Source of the DNA: a virus
Taxonomy: Duplodnaviria > Caudoviricetes
DNA: 34,188 nucleotides
IMG/VR virus record: IMGVR_UViG_3300042191_000021
Location: 1 to 34,188 of that record
Strand: one strand, 5' to 3'
The position numbers were made by a program, and so were the translations under genes. Under the pieces are notes generated by a model. That model was given only the letters and a program-made list of their open reading frames with translations. It did no database searches and had not been told where the DNA came from. Within the stretch, counting starts at the first letter, position 1; every line of letters begins with the position of its first letter. Below, piece by piece: positions 24,173 to 33,120 of the stretch.

Positions 24173-24525
24173 TCCAACCTCCGCAGCGTACATCGCAGCA
24201 AAGGCAGGTAGGTAGACTCGGCGTTGGTGTCGCTCACGATGAAGGTATTGCCGCCGATGACCACCTGATCGCCGGACAGAATATCCGTGCCTACCGGCAG
24301 AAAGAGCCGATAGGTATTGACGAGCCCCTGAATTCCGCCGACCTCAGTGATGACGGCCTGCGGCTCGCTATACATCCAGCCGTTGACGGTAGAGACGGCG
24401 GTGAATGTAGTCACATCATCGCCGTACGGTCCCTCGCTGATAGACAGGCGATTGATGATGACTGGTGTAATCATGCCGCTCAGGGCTACTTCTCGGACGC
24501 CCCTCAGTTCGGCCTCTGACAACAT
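24169..24525 (-). CDS. head closure (stopper) protein
   Basis: YRLFLPVGTDI..GDQV.IGG..F.V pattern; synteny. Confidence 0.8.
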   Translation of the reverse strand: MLSEAELRGVREVALSGMITPVIINRLSISEGPYGDDVTTFTAVSTVNGWMYSEPQAVITEVGGIQGLVNTYRLFLPVGTDILSGDQVVIGGNTFIVSDTNAESTYLPLLRCTLRRLE

Positions 24526-25421
24526 TAGGAGCCACCATAGACACTGAGGAAGCGATAGGGCTCAAGAAGGCTAGCGGCCTCATCTGGGATAGCGTCGTCG
24601 TCTCTGCCGCGAACCGGAGCACTGCGACTGATCTCCACCTCGGCCACCTTGATGCGACCTACCCCGACCATGCCTCTGGCCGCGAACCGAGACTCACCGA
24701 TCATGTGGGTTGCAATCGAGCCGGTCGCGCTGGCGATGGCATTCGGCAGGGTGTGGTTGTAATCCAGCGTCACGGTGTCAGTAGCGGCGGGCATGTCATC
24801 GAAGACAACGACGCCTTCGTTGTAATCGAGCGCAAAGCCGGTGGTTACTTCTGAGCCGTTGACATAGACGGTCGGTGTGACATCGGCATCCCACCATTGA
24901 TTCTGGGCGCGGAAGGTCTCACCGTCTGTATCGAGCAGTTCCTCGCCGACAATCGGGAAGGACCAACCGTAGGTGTAGTCCATCTGTCCGACCGGACGCG
25001 CCAGCCCGAGGTTTGGGATCAGGGCCGAGCCGAAGATGCCGACGCTGGTGACGGCCAGCGATACGACCTCAACGTAACCCTCTGAATGGTTGATGAATAG
25101 TTCGCTGGCAGCGATCCCGACATACTGCTGATTGGTAACGACCACGCGGAACTGGCTGATGGCCTTGATGGGGCGATGCCATGCGTAGAAGCGGCGCTGT
25201 CCTGCGACCAGATCGGAGCCCATCGCCCACGAGTGCTGCTCGCCGACCACTGTGCCGCCGCGAAAGTCATGTGGTTGCGGCAGATTGGGTACTGCACAGT
25301 AGGTATTCACCCGAGCCGACGCCCGAGCCAAGATGTTGCGAACCTCCACTTCCTCGAAGGCAGAGAGGTCCACTCCGAATCCCATGACCCGGAATGCTTC
25401 AGTGGTTAGGTAGTTCGGCAT
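24525..25421 (-). CDS. head-tail adaptor with inserted domains
   Basis: YLT...ILARASARVNTYC...P.AI..A...LLEPYR; unusually long at 298 aa. Confidence 0.8.
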   Translation of the reverse strand: MPNYLTTEAFRVMGFGVDLSAFEEVEVRNILARASARVNTYCAVPNLPQPHDFRGGTVVGEQHSWAMGSDLVAGQRRFYAWHRPIKAISQFRVVVTNQQYVGIAASELFINHSEGYVEVVSLAVTSVGIFGSALIPNLGLARPVGQMDYTYGWSFPIVGEELLDTDGETFRAQNQWWDADVTPTVYVNGSEVTTGFALDYNEGVVVFDDMPAATDTVTLDYNHTLPNAIASATGSIATHMIGESRFAARGMVGVGRIKVAEVEISRSAPVRGRDDDAIPDEAASLLEPYRFLSVYGGS

Positions 25422-25452
25422 TTACCCCTCCGGGTTATGCCCCTGTAGGTAG

Positions 25453-25511
25453 TGGGGAGCGGCGAGGGGTCGCGCCGCTCCCCAACTTACCCCTCGGGGA
25501 GAAACGAGGGG
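25453..25511 (-). promoter_or_regulatory. two tandem GC-rich hairpins with pyrimidine loops after the capsid gene
   Basis: 7-bp stem 25490-25511 and perfect 12-bp stem 25453-25484; both have 8-nt loops; no U tract. Confidence 0.6.
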
Positions 25512-25520
25512 CTTCAATTA

Positions 25521-26804
25521 CTAGGCGTGCTTGACCCTGATCTTCGCGCTGAACGAAGGCGCTCCGACCATGAGACCGAACATGCCGTAGATGATGAACA
25601 GTTTGGTCAACTGCCCACCAACACCAATCGGAATCTCCAGCGTGGTGAACGAGTCAGAGCCGAGGTACGGCAGGGCGATGTTCGACTCGTCAAGGACATA
25701 AATATCCGAGACAAGGTTGCTGGAGTATGTGGTCGCGGTGTAGGAGCCAATCGAGTCTCCGGGCACCGAGATCAGCGGCAAGGTGCCAGACGGGGTGTTC
25801 ACACCATTGGTGACCACGCCGGGAGCAACTTCCATCGTTGGCGGCATATACCGCACGAATTCCAACTGCTGCTGGTTGAAGGCGTTGTGCTCATCAGACC
25901 GCAGATAGACAGCACTCGGCGACCCACCGGAGTTGACGATGCCAGTCACGGCGTCGCCGAACTTGTCGGTGATGCTATCGGGAGTACCGCTGGTCGGATC
26001 AGCGTTGACCGCATTGGACTGATTCAGGATCGACCGCAGGCCGGTGAACGCATTGGCGTCATACAGACCCAACTCGTTCGAGGCCGTCCCACCAGAGTCA
26101 GAAGCCTGACCTTGGAAGATGGTCTTCTGCATCTTGTGGGCAAGTGCCCGCAGTCCGCCTTCGAGTTCCAACTGTGCCGGATCGAACCCAGCCCCGCCCT
26201 GAATGACCGCGAACTGGCTCTTGAGCGACACGCCGACGCGCCGAGCAAGAACGCCAATGTTGGTCGTCTGGCGGACGTAGGTGTTCTGGTCGTCGGTAAC
26301 CGTACCGAGTTCGGCCATGAACTGGGCATCACCGTAGTCGGTGATCTGGTTCCATGCGTGGACAAGACCGTTGGCGGGAATCTTCCTAAAGCGATTCCAT
26401 GCCGGGAAAATCTTGACGAACATGGCATACAGGACAGGATCAAGGTCCTGCCGCTGAAGTGCCGCAGCGCCGGTCGAGTCCAGCGCCTTGGTCATAATCG
26501 GGCTGTTGAAGGCAGCCGCCAGAGGAGCACCGCCGTTGGCGATGAACTGTCCTAGCGGGATACCAACATCAGATCGACTGACCTGATCGTTGAAGATTGC
26601 ATTCAGTTCGCCCCATGACTTCTGCATGAGACGAGAACGCAACTCGTACTGGTCCGAGCGCGTCATCACTGGCGCACTGGACTGGACATCGGGACTGGCC
26701 GGGGTGGCGTCGGCAGTTACCGCAGCCGCCTTATCGAGCAGTCCGCTCTTGGTGAACTCTTCGAGAGCCTCGTGGACTTTCTGAAGAGCGGGGTCAATTG
26801 CCAT
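25521..26804 (-). CDS. major capsid protein (HK97 fold) with an N-terminal propeptide
   Basis: 427 aa; follows the protease/scaffold; ALQRQDLD...HAWN...TIFQG...FTGL pattern. Confidence 0.85.
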   Translation of the reverse strand: MAIDPALQKVHEALEEFTKSGLLDKAAAVTADATPASPDVQSSAPVMTRSDQYELRSRLMQKSWGELNAIFNDQVSRSDVGIPLGQFIANGGAPLAAAFNSPIMTKALDSTGAAALQRQDLDPVLYAMFVKIFPAWNRFRKIPANGLVHAWNQITDYGDAQFMAELGTVTDDQNTYVRQTTNIGVLARRVGVSLKSQFAVIQGGAGFDPAQLELEGGLRALAHKMQKTIFQGQASDSGGTASNELGLYDANAFTGLRSILNQSNAVNADPTSGTPDSITDKFGDAVTGIVNSGGSPSAVYLRSDEHNAFNQQQLEFVRYMPPTMEVAPGVVTNGVNTPSGTLPLISVPGDSIGSYTATTYSSNLVSDIYVLDESNIALPYLGSDSFTTLEIPIGVGGQLTKLFIIYGMFGLMVGAPSFSAKIRVKHA

Positions 26805-26807
26805 GTG

Positions 26808-28172
26808 TTACTCCATCTTCTTGAGGACTTCGGGGCTGTAGATTCCAGCGAACTTCTGGTCGAACGCTTCGACCTTGGCGTGGAACACAGCCTTGCGGCC
26901 CAAGGGTGCGTTGGCGATATCAAGCACGATCTTCTTTGCGAAGTCGAGATTGGCTTGGATATCATCGCGTTCTGCTTGTGCGGCACGAAGAGCCTCGCTG
27001 GCCGCGTCACGTTCCTTGCGGAGTTCCACCATCTCGCGGGTGGTGGCCTTCAGCATGTCTGCGAGCGTTTCGGCACTACGAGTCATCGTGTCACTCAGCG
27101 ACACTTCCTCCTCGGCGGAGGCTTCGCCATCGGACTCAGGGGCACTCTTCTCAAGTTCCTGCGCGGCGTCTTCCTCGGTCACCGGCTCGGCCGGATCAGA
27201 GGTAACGGGAGAAGTCGAGTCCGATGACTCGACCGATTCAATAGAGGCAGAGATATCAGGGATGATGTCTTTCTGATCCACCTCTAGGGGAGTAGATATC
27301 AGGTTCACGTCGGCCTCGGCGTCAGGCTTGTCTTCGGGCTTGTCTTCAAAATCTTCGGGTTCGCTGGTGTCGGCTACATCCTCTGCCTCGGCATCCCCCT
27401 CGGTGTCCTTGGTAATGTCTGGCTCGGCAGCCTTCTTGGACTTACTCTTGGACTTGGCCGGAGTGGCTTCCATGTCGTCCACTGGGGCGTCGGTGTCCAC
27501 CACCACCGAGTGCTCACCCTTGCCGTTGTGACTAACCCAAACCTTGGCCTTCTCTGTGTCCGGCTCGGCATCGGCGTGGAATCCAGCATTGGTGTCCTCG
27601 GCTTCCCCTTCGTCCTCAATGGCCGCCTTGTATGCCTTAGTTGCATACTCGACAAACGAGCGAGGATTCTGTGGGATGCCGACGATGCTGGCTTCCAGAA
27701 GCCGCAAGTCGTTGAAGGTGTAACCACCAGAAGTGTTCTTGGTGGCAGAGTCGGGCGGGATCATGGCGCCGATAGAGGTTCCCAGTTTGACGCCGCTCTG
27801 GATGGCAGAGTGGGTCTGGACATTCTCTGGGTTCTGGTCGAAGACCACGATACCCATGCCCAGTTCGTAGATCGGCTTACCGTTGCCGTCCGTGCCAGCC
27901 TGCTTGACACTGGCCTCTTCGACGGAGCCGAGGATGTCGCGCGGCACATTGTAGGAATGGTTGCGGAAGACGGTCATGCCCTTGGCCGAGGCCGCCATGC
28001 TGTTGAGGGCATTGAGGGTTACCTCGTCCCCACCAAGGTCAACGACGCTGGACGAAGCGATGGTACGGAGACGGAGTTTCCCGTCCGTCCCACTGAAGGG
28101 AGTCAGGGCGCCGCTGAAAATCTTGAACTCAGCCGTCTTTGCTTGTGTCTTATCGACAGTCTGAACGGTCAT
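26808..28172 (-). CDS. prohead protease fused to a scaffold region
   Basis: ASSSVVDLGGD, NHSY, GTSIGA and LLEASIVGIP.NP of HK97-type proteases, then an acidic linker and coiled coil; start moved to ATG 28172 (AAGGAGG). Confidence 0.9.
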   Translation of the reverse strand: MTVQTVDKTQAKTAEFKIFSGALTPFSGTDGKLRLRTIASSSVVDLGGDEVTLNALNSMAASAKGMTVFRNHSYNVPRDILGSVEEASVKQAGTDGNGKPIYELGMGIVVFDQNPENVQTHSAIQSGVKLGTSIGAMIPPDSATKNTSGGYTFNDLRLLEASIVGIPQNPRSFVEYATKAYKAAIEDEGEAEDTNAGFHADAEPDTEKAKVWVSHNGKGEHSVVVDTDAPVDDMEATPAKSKSKSKKAAEPDITKDTEGDAEAEDVADTSEPEDFEDKPEDKPDAEADVNLISTPLEVDQKDIIPDISASIESVESSDSTSPVTSDPAEPVTEEDAAQELEKSAPESDGEASAEEEVSLSDTMTRSAETLADMLKATTREMVELRKERDAASEALRAAQAERDDIQANLDFAKKIVLDIANAPLGRKAVFHAKVEAFDQKFAGIYSPEVLKKME

Positions 28173-28224
28173 ACGAAAGGGTCCTCCTTGTGGGCGCGGC
28201 GGCACTTCTGGCCGTTATCCGCAT

Positions 28225-28255
28225 ACAGAAAGAGCGCACCTAGTGGCACGCTCTT
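28225..28255 (-). terminator. probable intrinsic terminator
   Basis: AAGAGCGTGCC-ACTA-GGTGCGCTCTT followed by TCTGT. Confidence 0.55.
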
Positions 28256-28278
28256 GTCGTAGATGAGTGAAGTGTGGT

Positions 28279-29469
28279 TTAGGTTGACTGCTCGTGCAGT
28301 TCTAGCGCGATAGCCTCGAATCCGTCTGCGGCGGTGTCCCAACTGAAGGTCTTAGCGTGCCTGACGCCTGCCGCACTCAGTTTGCGGCGCTCGCCGCGAT
28401 TGTTATAGAGCCGTTCGATTGCGGCGCTGAAGGCTGGCACGTCTGCCGCCATCATGTCCTGCCCGCCCGGAGCCGTAACTTCGTATCCCGGCTCGATCAA
28501 GATGCCGCCCGGTCCCACAACCTCGGGAATGGCTGAGAAGTTCTGGGCGACCACCGGAACGCCGCACGCCGTAGCCTCTCCGATGGTCAGTCCCCAACCC
28601 TCGCCCTGACTGGTGGTTACGAACACATCTGCGGCGTTGTAGAGCGCCACCAAATCTGCGGTCGCCCATCCTTGGAAGGTGTTGTAGTCCTTTGGCAAGT
28701 GAAATCGGTCGAGGGTATCAGGATCACGGGTGAACAGGTCCGGCATCGAAACGCCGCCAGACTTGTCGTTGCCCTGACAATGGAAGTGGACATGAATGTC
28801 GGAGTGCTTATGCATGACCGGCACGAGCGCCTTCCAAGTGCTGGCGAAATCCTTGCGGCCACTGTTGCGATCTACTCGCAGAACGAGGAAGCCATTGGGG
28901 TCATAGCCGAACGCGCGCTTGGCATCCCGCTTATTAGTGATCTTGTGTCCCTGACTGGTGACGACTGGGTGCTCTGGCGATGCGGGATGGAAGGTATCGG
29001 TGTCGGTGCCGTGGTAGATCACTTCCGAACCGGGAATCTGATCCTGTCCGAACTTGCAGTAAGCGACTGGCCGAGACACCTTCGGAATGATGTCCCATAG
29101 TTTCGGCCCGTTCAGTCCATCGCGCGGCTGGTAGGTGATCAGCGGTCGATAACGCAGTAAGACTTTCTCACTATCCCACGGGTTCTCCATCAGCATGGTC
29201 AACATGATGAATGGATCATTCAAGATGATGACCACATCCGGCTCGACCTTGGATAGAACCTCTACGATCCGACTGTAGCCGTAGGTGTCGGTCGGTACTA
29301 ACAATGTTGGTACAAAGGCCCGCACGCCGGGGACGCCATCCTCGCCGCGATAGTTTGCTCCGAGAACGCTGACTTCATGTCCCTTGGCTACCAGTCGTGA
29401 AGTGATGGCGTGAGTGACGGTAGCGAACCCGGTTGTGGCTCCGTAGTCGCCGAGGAAAAGTATTCGCAA
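28279..29469 (-). CDS. GT-B fold glycosyltransferase, GT4 family
   Basis: MRILF...TGF; RNSGRK; YNAADVFV..S.GEGWGL...EA.ACGVPVV (E-x7-E motif). Confidence 0.92.
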   Translation of the reverse strand: MRILFLGDYGATTGFATVTHAITSRLVAKGHEVSVLGANYRGEDGVPGVRAFVPTLLVPTDTYGYSRIVEVLSKVEPDVVIILNDPFIMLTMLMENPWDSEKVLLRYRPLITYQPRDGLNGPKLWDIIPKVSRPVAYCKFGQDQIPGSEVIYHGTDTDTFHPASPEHPVVTSQGHKITNKRDAKRAFGYDPNGFLVLRVDRNSGRKDFASTWKALVPVMHKHSDIHVHFHCQGNDKSGGVSMPDLFTRDPDTLDRFHLPKDYNTFQGWATADLVALYNAADVFVTTSQGEGWGLTIGEATACGVPVVAQNFSAIPEVVGPGGILIEPGYEVTAPGGQDMMAADVPAFSAAIERLYNNRGERRKLSAAGVRHAKTFSWDTAADGFEAIALELHEQST

Positions 29470-29478
29470 GTTGACCCC

Positions 29479-29799
29479 TTACTGTCTGCGAACGGTCACC
29501 GTATTGACTGGATTGGTGGTCTGCACCCGTAGATCGACAAATGTGATCTCGAACTGCGCGATATAGTCTCCCGGTACGGCGAGATCGTTCGCTCCCCAAC
29601 TATAGACCACCTTGCCAGTAGTTGGGTCAGCGTCGATGTCTGCGGCGGCGTTGACAGTGTACCGCTTGTCATCGGCCTTCCGCATCTGGAAAGCCACCGT
29701 GCAATCGGTCAAGTCCTGCGGATTGCCGGTCACCGTATTGAACAGCGTGGCCGTTAGATCGGGCCGGGTGTCTCCTGTCACAAAACTAGCGTCAGTCAT
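29479..29799 (-). CDS. stand-alone BppU N-terminal-like beta-sandwich protein
   Basis: GDTRP.L.ATL...DLT..TV.F.MR...GKV.Y.W...D...GDY.AQFEITF. Confidence 0.75.
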   Translation of the reverse strand: MTDASFVTGDTRPDLTATLFNTVTGNPQDLTDCTVAFQMRKADDKRYTVNAAADIDADPTTGKVVYSWGANDLAVPGDYIAQFEITFVDLRVQTTNPVNTVTVRRQ

Positions 29800-29810
29800 T
29801 CATTGATACC

Positions 29811-30134
29811 TCAACCGTCTCGACTGGCTCGCTGGATGGCCCATTCAATGTAAGTGGGACCCAGCAATACAACCACAACGAGTGCTCCATCTATCGCCCT
29901 AAGCCAATCTACCTGTACAGCGTAGATGATAAAGATGATGATGCGAATGACGAACCACAGGCTGGTGAGTGCCACCAATGCAAAATACCGACTAATGGCT
30001 CTGGCTAGGCGGTCTTCGCTTTGGCTGATACGGTAGAGAAGTAAAAGGTGGTAGGTAGATCGGGCTCCCATCACTGATGCCACAATCATAATTCCGATCT
30101 CAATGAATAGTATCGACTCTAAAATAGGGTTCAT
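29811..30134 (-). CDS. membrane protein (3 TM), possible holin-like
   Basis: Three hydrophobic segments; ATGA overlap. Confidence 0.65.
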   Translation of the reverse strand: MNPILESILFIEIGIMIVASVMGARSTYHLLLLYRISQSEDRLARAISRYFALVALTSLWFVIRIIIFIIYAVQVDWLRAIDGALVVVVLLGPTYIEWAIQRASRDG

Positions 30135-30340
30135 ATGCGGCGCCGTTCTGGGCGATGCCCTCTATTGTGATAGCGTCGATTAGCAGAAACCAGAGCAAGT
30201 TGGGTGAGGGCTAAGGCGTGTAACTCGCGGCTCAGTACCCTTGCGTTGAATAACACCCGATCGCTCTCTACCTCTAAAGCACCGATCTCTTGGCTGTGGG
30301 ACTTTTCCATATCGCTCTTTTTGATCCACGGCCAGCGCAT
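30131..30340 (-). CDS. small basic hypothetical protein
   Basis: MRWPW start; coupled to both neighbours. Confidence 0.6.
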   Translation of the reverse strand: MRWPWIKKSDMEKSHSQEIGALEVESDRVLFNARVLSRELHALALTQLALVSANRRYHNRGHRPERRRI

Positions 30341-30573
30341 TATTGGCTCCCGTCTAATCTGCCACGATACGCTTCCATGAAGGCCCGCACGGCAATCGTC
30401 AATTCTCTCATGGCATCCACTTGTGCGGCGCTGATTTCAACGGCACGATCTGCTCGCCGTTCTTCGCGCTCCCACCGACTCCGAGGACCGATGGTATTTA
30501 CCACAAAGAGGACGACGATAACGGATGGTATGCCGTATTTCACAATCGCATCAAGCATCACGTCCACAGGCAT
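30340..30573 (-). CDS. membrane protein (1 TM plus coiled coil), possible holin-like
   Basis: YGIPSVIVVLFVV followed by a charged helix. Confidence 0.65.
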   Translation of the reverse strand: MPVDVMLDAIVKYGIPSVIVVLFVVNTIGPRSRWEREERRADRAVEISAAQVDAMRELTIAVRAFMEAYRGRLDGSQ

Positions 30574-30579
30574 ATCCCC

Positions 30580-33120
30580 CTAGACCAACACTGCATCGGA
30601 AGAAAGCGTATCGGTTTGCGCCTTCTGGATTATGGCGTTGGCGGTGAACGAACCAATGGTCTGTGTGAATCCAATCCGAGCCCAGATGGTGGCGGCAGAT
30701 ATCGTTGCCGACACACGCTCCTCGACCACTGGGGCTGTGGCGATGTCGGCATGGATGTTCGCGGCGCTGATCTGAGAACGAATGTTCTCGGGAGTGAGTA
30801 CAGCCGAGATATTGGCCGCTTCCAGCGTGGCATAGATTTCACCGAGATGCTGGAGCGCGATCCACGCATCTGCCGTGAACCCAGTCGATTGCGTCTCTCG
30901 CAGGATCGCATTAGCGGTGATCGAAGAGGTCGATCCGCGAACCAGTACGGCGTTGGCGGTGATAACGCCTTCGGTTGCCGAGATGAATGAAGCGTCTGCG
31001 CTGAACGAACCAGACTGCGCTGCCCTGACAATGGCATTGGCAGAGATGCTGCCGGTCTGCTCTCGTTGTATGACAGCGTCGGCATCGAAGGAGCCGGATG
31101 AAACATGCGGCGCAAGGACTGCATCGGCGCTGAAACTGCCGCTTTGTACCCGCAGAATGACCGCATTTGCGGTTGCATTTCCTGTTTGCGGGCGCAGCAA
31201 GACTGCATCTGCGGTGAGGGCGCTCGTTCGCCCTTGTCTGAGCACCGCATCGGCGTTGACGCTCGCCGTAGCAGTCTTTGATTGGATTGCATCTGCGGAA
31301 ATGCCCGCAGCCCTTGATGCAAGGAGGACTGCGTTCGCTCCGAGTGTAGCAGATGTAGTTCGCAATACAACTGCATTGGCATCAAACGATCCGGTTTGAC
31401 CTATCCGCAGAATGGCATCGGCAGTCAGGGAACCGCTCTGGGTCTTTTGTATGACAGCGTCGGCAGTGATGCCGAAGGTGTTGACGCCCGCAATCCATGC
31501 GTTGGCAGCAAAGGAGTCGGACTGTCCTTTGAGTAGAACGGCGTCGGCGCTGAATGAACCGCTGTTTGTCTGTGAACCGAGAATCAGGGCGGCATTGGCC
31601 GTGAAGGAGCCGATTTGACCAACCCGTAGAACCGCATCGGAAGTCAGACTTCCAGATTGCGTGACTCGCAGGATGGCATCTGATGTGAGCGACTGGCCGA
31701 CGGATGCGAACAGCACCGCATCAGCGGTGAAGGCAGCGGACTGTGCGCGGAGCAGCACCGCGTCGGCTGTAATCGAACCAGATTCAGTCCGCAGGAAAAT
31801 AGCGTCGGCGGCAATACTGTTGGTCTGCGTGCGGAGCAGGATTGAATCGGCAGTTAGTGAGCCGGAGATCGCAGCCTTGATGACCGCGTCAGAGGTGAAC
31901 GCGCCCGTTCCAGTCCCGGCGACCCACGCATCGGCGGTGAACGAACCCTCCTGCGTCCGCCGCAGGATGGCATCTGCCGTGAAGGTCGGCATGATGACGG
32001 CATTCGCCGTGAATGAGCCGCTGACTGTTGCCTTGATGACCGCGTCGCTACTGAGCGATCCAGTCTCGGTCGCCCTGAAGACGGCATCTGCCGTAAGCGA
32101 ACCAGAGCGTCCGACACGAAGTACGGCATCGGCGGTGAATGCAGATGTGATCGTCTTGAAGAAGATCGAGTCGGCCGCAAACGACCCAGTCTGAATTACT
32201 CGCAGGACCGCGTCGGTGACCAGAGAGCCTGTCTGTGTGCGGAAAATGATCGCGTTCGCTGAGACTGACCCGGTCTGTTCTCTGAGCAGCACAGCGTCGG
32301 CCGTGAAGCCAGAGACCGCTCCTACCGTGTTCGTATAGACATCGCTCCACGGACCCCAGATTGGATCGAGCACGGCATTGGCCGTGAATGAGTCCTCAAT
32401 GGTTGTCCCACCACTCGCTAGTACCGCATCCGCAGACAATGCACCAGACCGGGTCTTGAATAGGATCGCGTCGGTACTGATCGAATCGTCTATCGTTTTG
32501 AGGAGAACCGAGTCGGCAGTAAATGAGCCGACCTGAATCGCAAGCAGAACAGCATCAGCCGTGAATGAACTTTCGACGGTCTGGACTCCACTTGCCAGCA
32601 CCGCATCAGCGGTGAACGAACCCTCGATAGCAACGGCGAGAATATTCGCGTCTGCGGTGAACGAGCCTGACATGATCTTGAGTAGGACCGCATCAGCAGC
32701 AAAGGTCGCTGTCTGAGTAACTGACATCACCGCGTCGGCCGTCAACGAGCCGCTAATAGTGGCGAAGACCGAAACCGTGTCTGAGGCCGAGAGGACCGTG
32801 TAAGTGCCACCGGAAGTCGGAGCGCCTGACATGCGGATCGTGTACGAGCCCGCCGCCTCGCACGATACCGTGATGGCGTTGTTCGTCTGCGAGTTGGTGT
32901 TGACGAGCGGGTTGGCGTTTGCGGTGATGAGGCCGGTGCCGGATGCGGCGATGGTGACGAAGCCGCCACCGTCATCGACCTCCCACACCATGTCGTAACG
33001 CTGCACACCGCCAGACCCCGAGAAACCGGGGTCGCCGCTGAACACGAACGTGTCGTTGACAGCAGCACTGACCGGGTCCGCCGGTTCCCAGAAGAGGATG
33101 CTATTGAGGACTTTCGCCAT
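30580..33120 (-). CDS. large virion fibre-like protein with about 46 14-aa repeats
   Basis: N-terminal Ig-like beta domain (about 118 aa), then [GS]S[FL]TADA[VI]L repeats to the C-terminus. Confidence 0.8.
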   Translation of the reverse strand: MAKVLNSILFWEPADPVSAAVNDTFVFSGDPGFSGSGGVQRYDMVWEVDDGGGFVTIAASGTGLITANANPLVNTNSQTNNAITVSCEAAGSYTIRMSGAPTSGGTYTVLSASDTVSVFATISGSLTADAVMSVTQTATFAADAVLLKIMSGSFTADANILAVAIEGSFTADAVLASGVQTVESSFTADAVLLAIQVGSFTADSVLLKTIDDSISTDAILFKTRSGALSADAVLASGGTTIEDSFTANAVLDPIWGPWSDVYTNTVGAVSGFTADAVLLREQTGSVSANAIIFRTQTGSLVTDAVLRVIQTGSFAADSIFFKTITSAFTADAVLRVGRSGSLTADAVFRATETGSLSSDAVIKATVSGSFTANAVIMPTFTADAILRRTQEGSFTADAWVAGTGTGAFTSDAVIKAAISGSLTADSILLRTQTNSIAADAIFLRTESGSITADAVLLRAQSAAFTADAVLFASVGQSLTSDAILRVTQSGSLTSDAVLRVGQIGSFTANAALILGSQTNSGSFSADAVLLKGQSDSFAANAWIAGVNTFGITADAVIQKTQSGSLTADAILRIGQTGSFDANAVVLRTTSATLGANAVLLASRAAGISADAIQSKTATASVNADAVLRQGRTSALTADAVLLRPQTGNATANAVILRVQSGSFSADAVLAPHVSSGSFDADAVIQREQTGSISANAIVRAAQSGSFSADASFISATEGVITANAVLVRGSTSSITANAILRETQSTGFTADAWIALQHLGEIYATLEAANISAVLTPENIRSQISAANIHADIATAPVVEERVSATISAATIWARIGFTQTIGSFTANAIIQKAQTDTLSSDAVLV

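Noticed and set aside
25452-28262. Long + strand ORFs opposite the capsid and protease genes (367 aa, 250 aa)
   Set aside because: Same shadow-ORF explanation; they fully overlap well-supported - strand genes.
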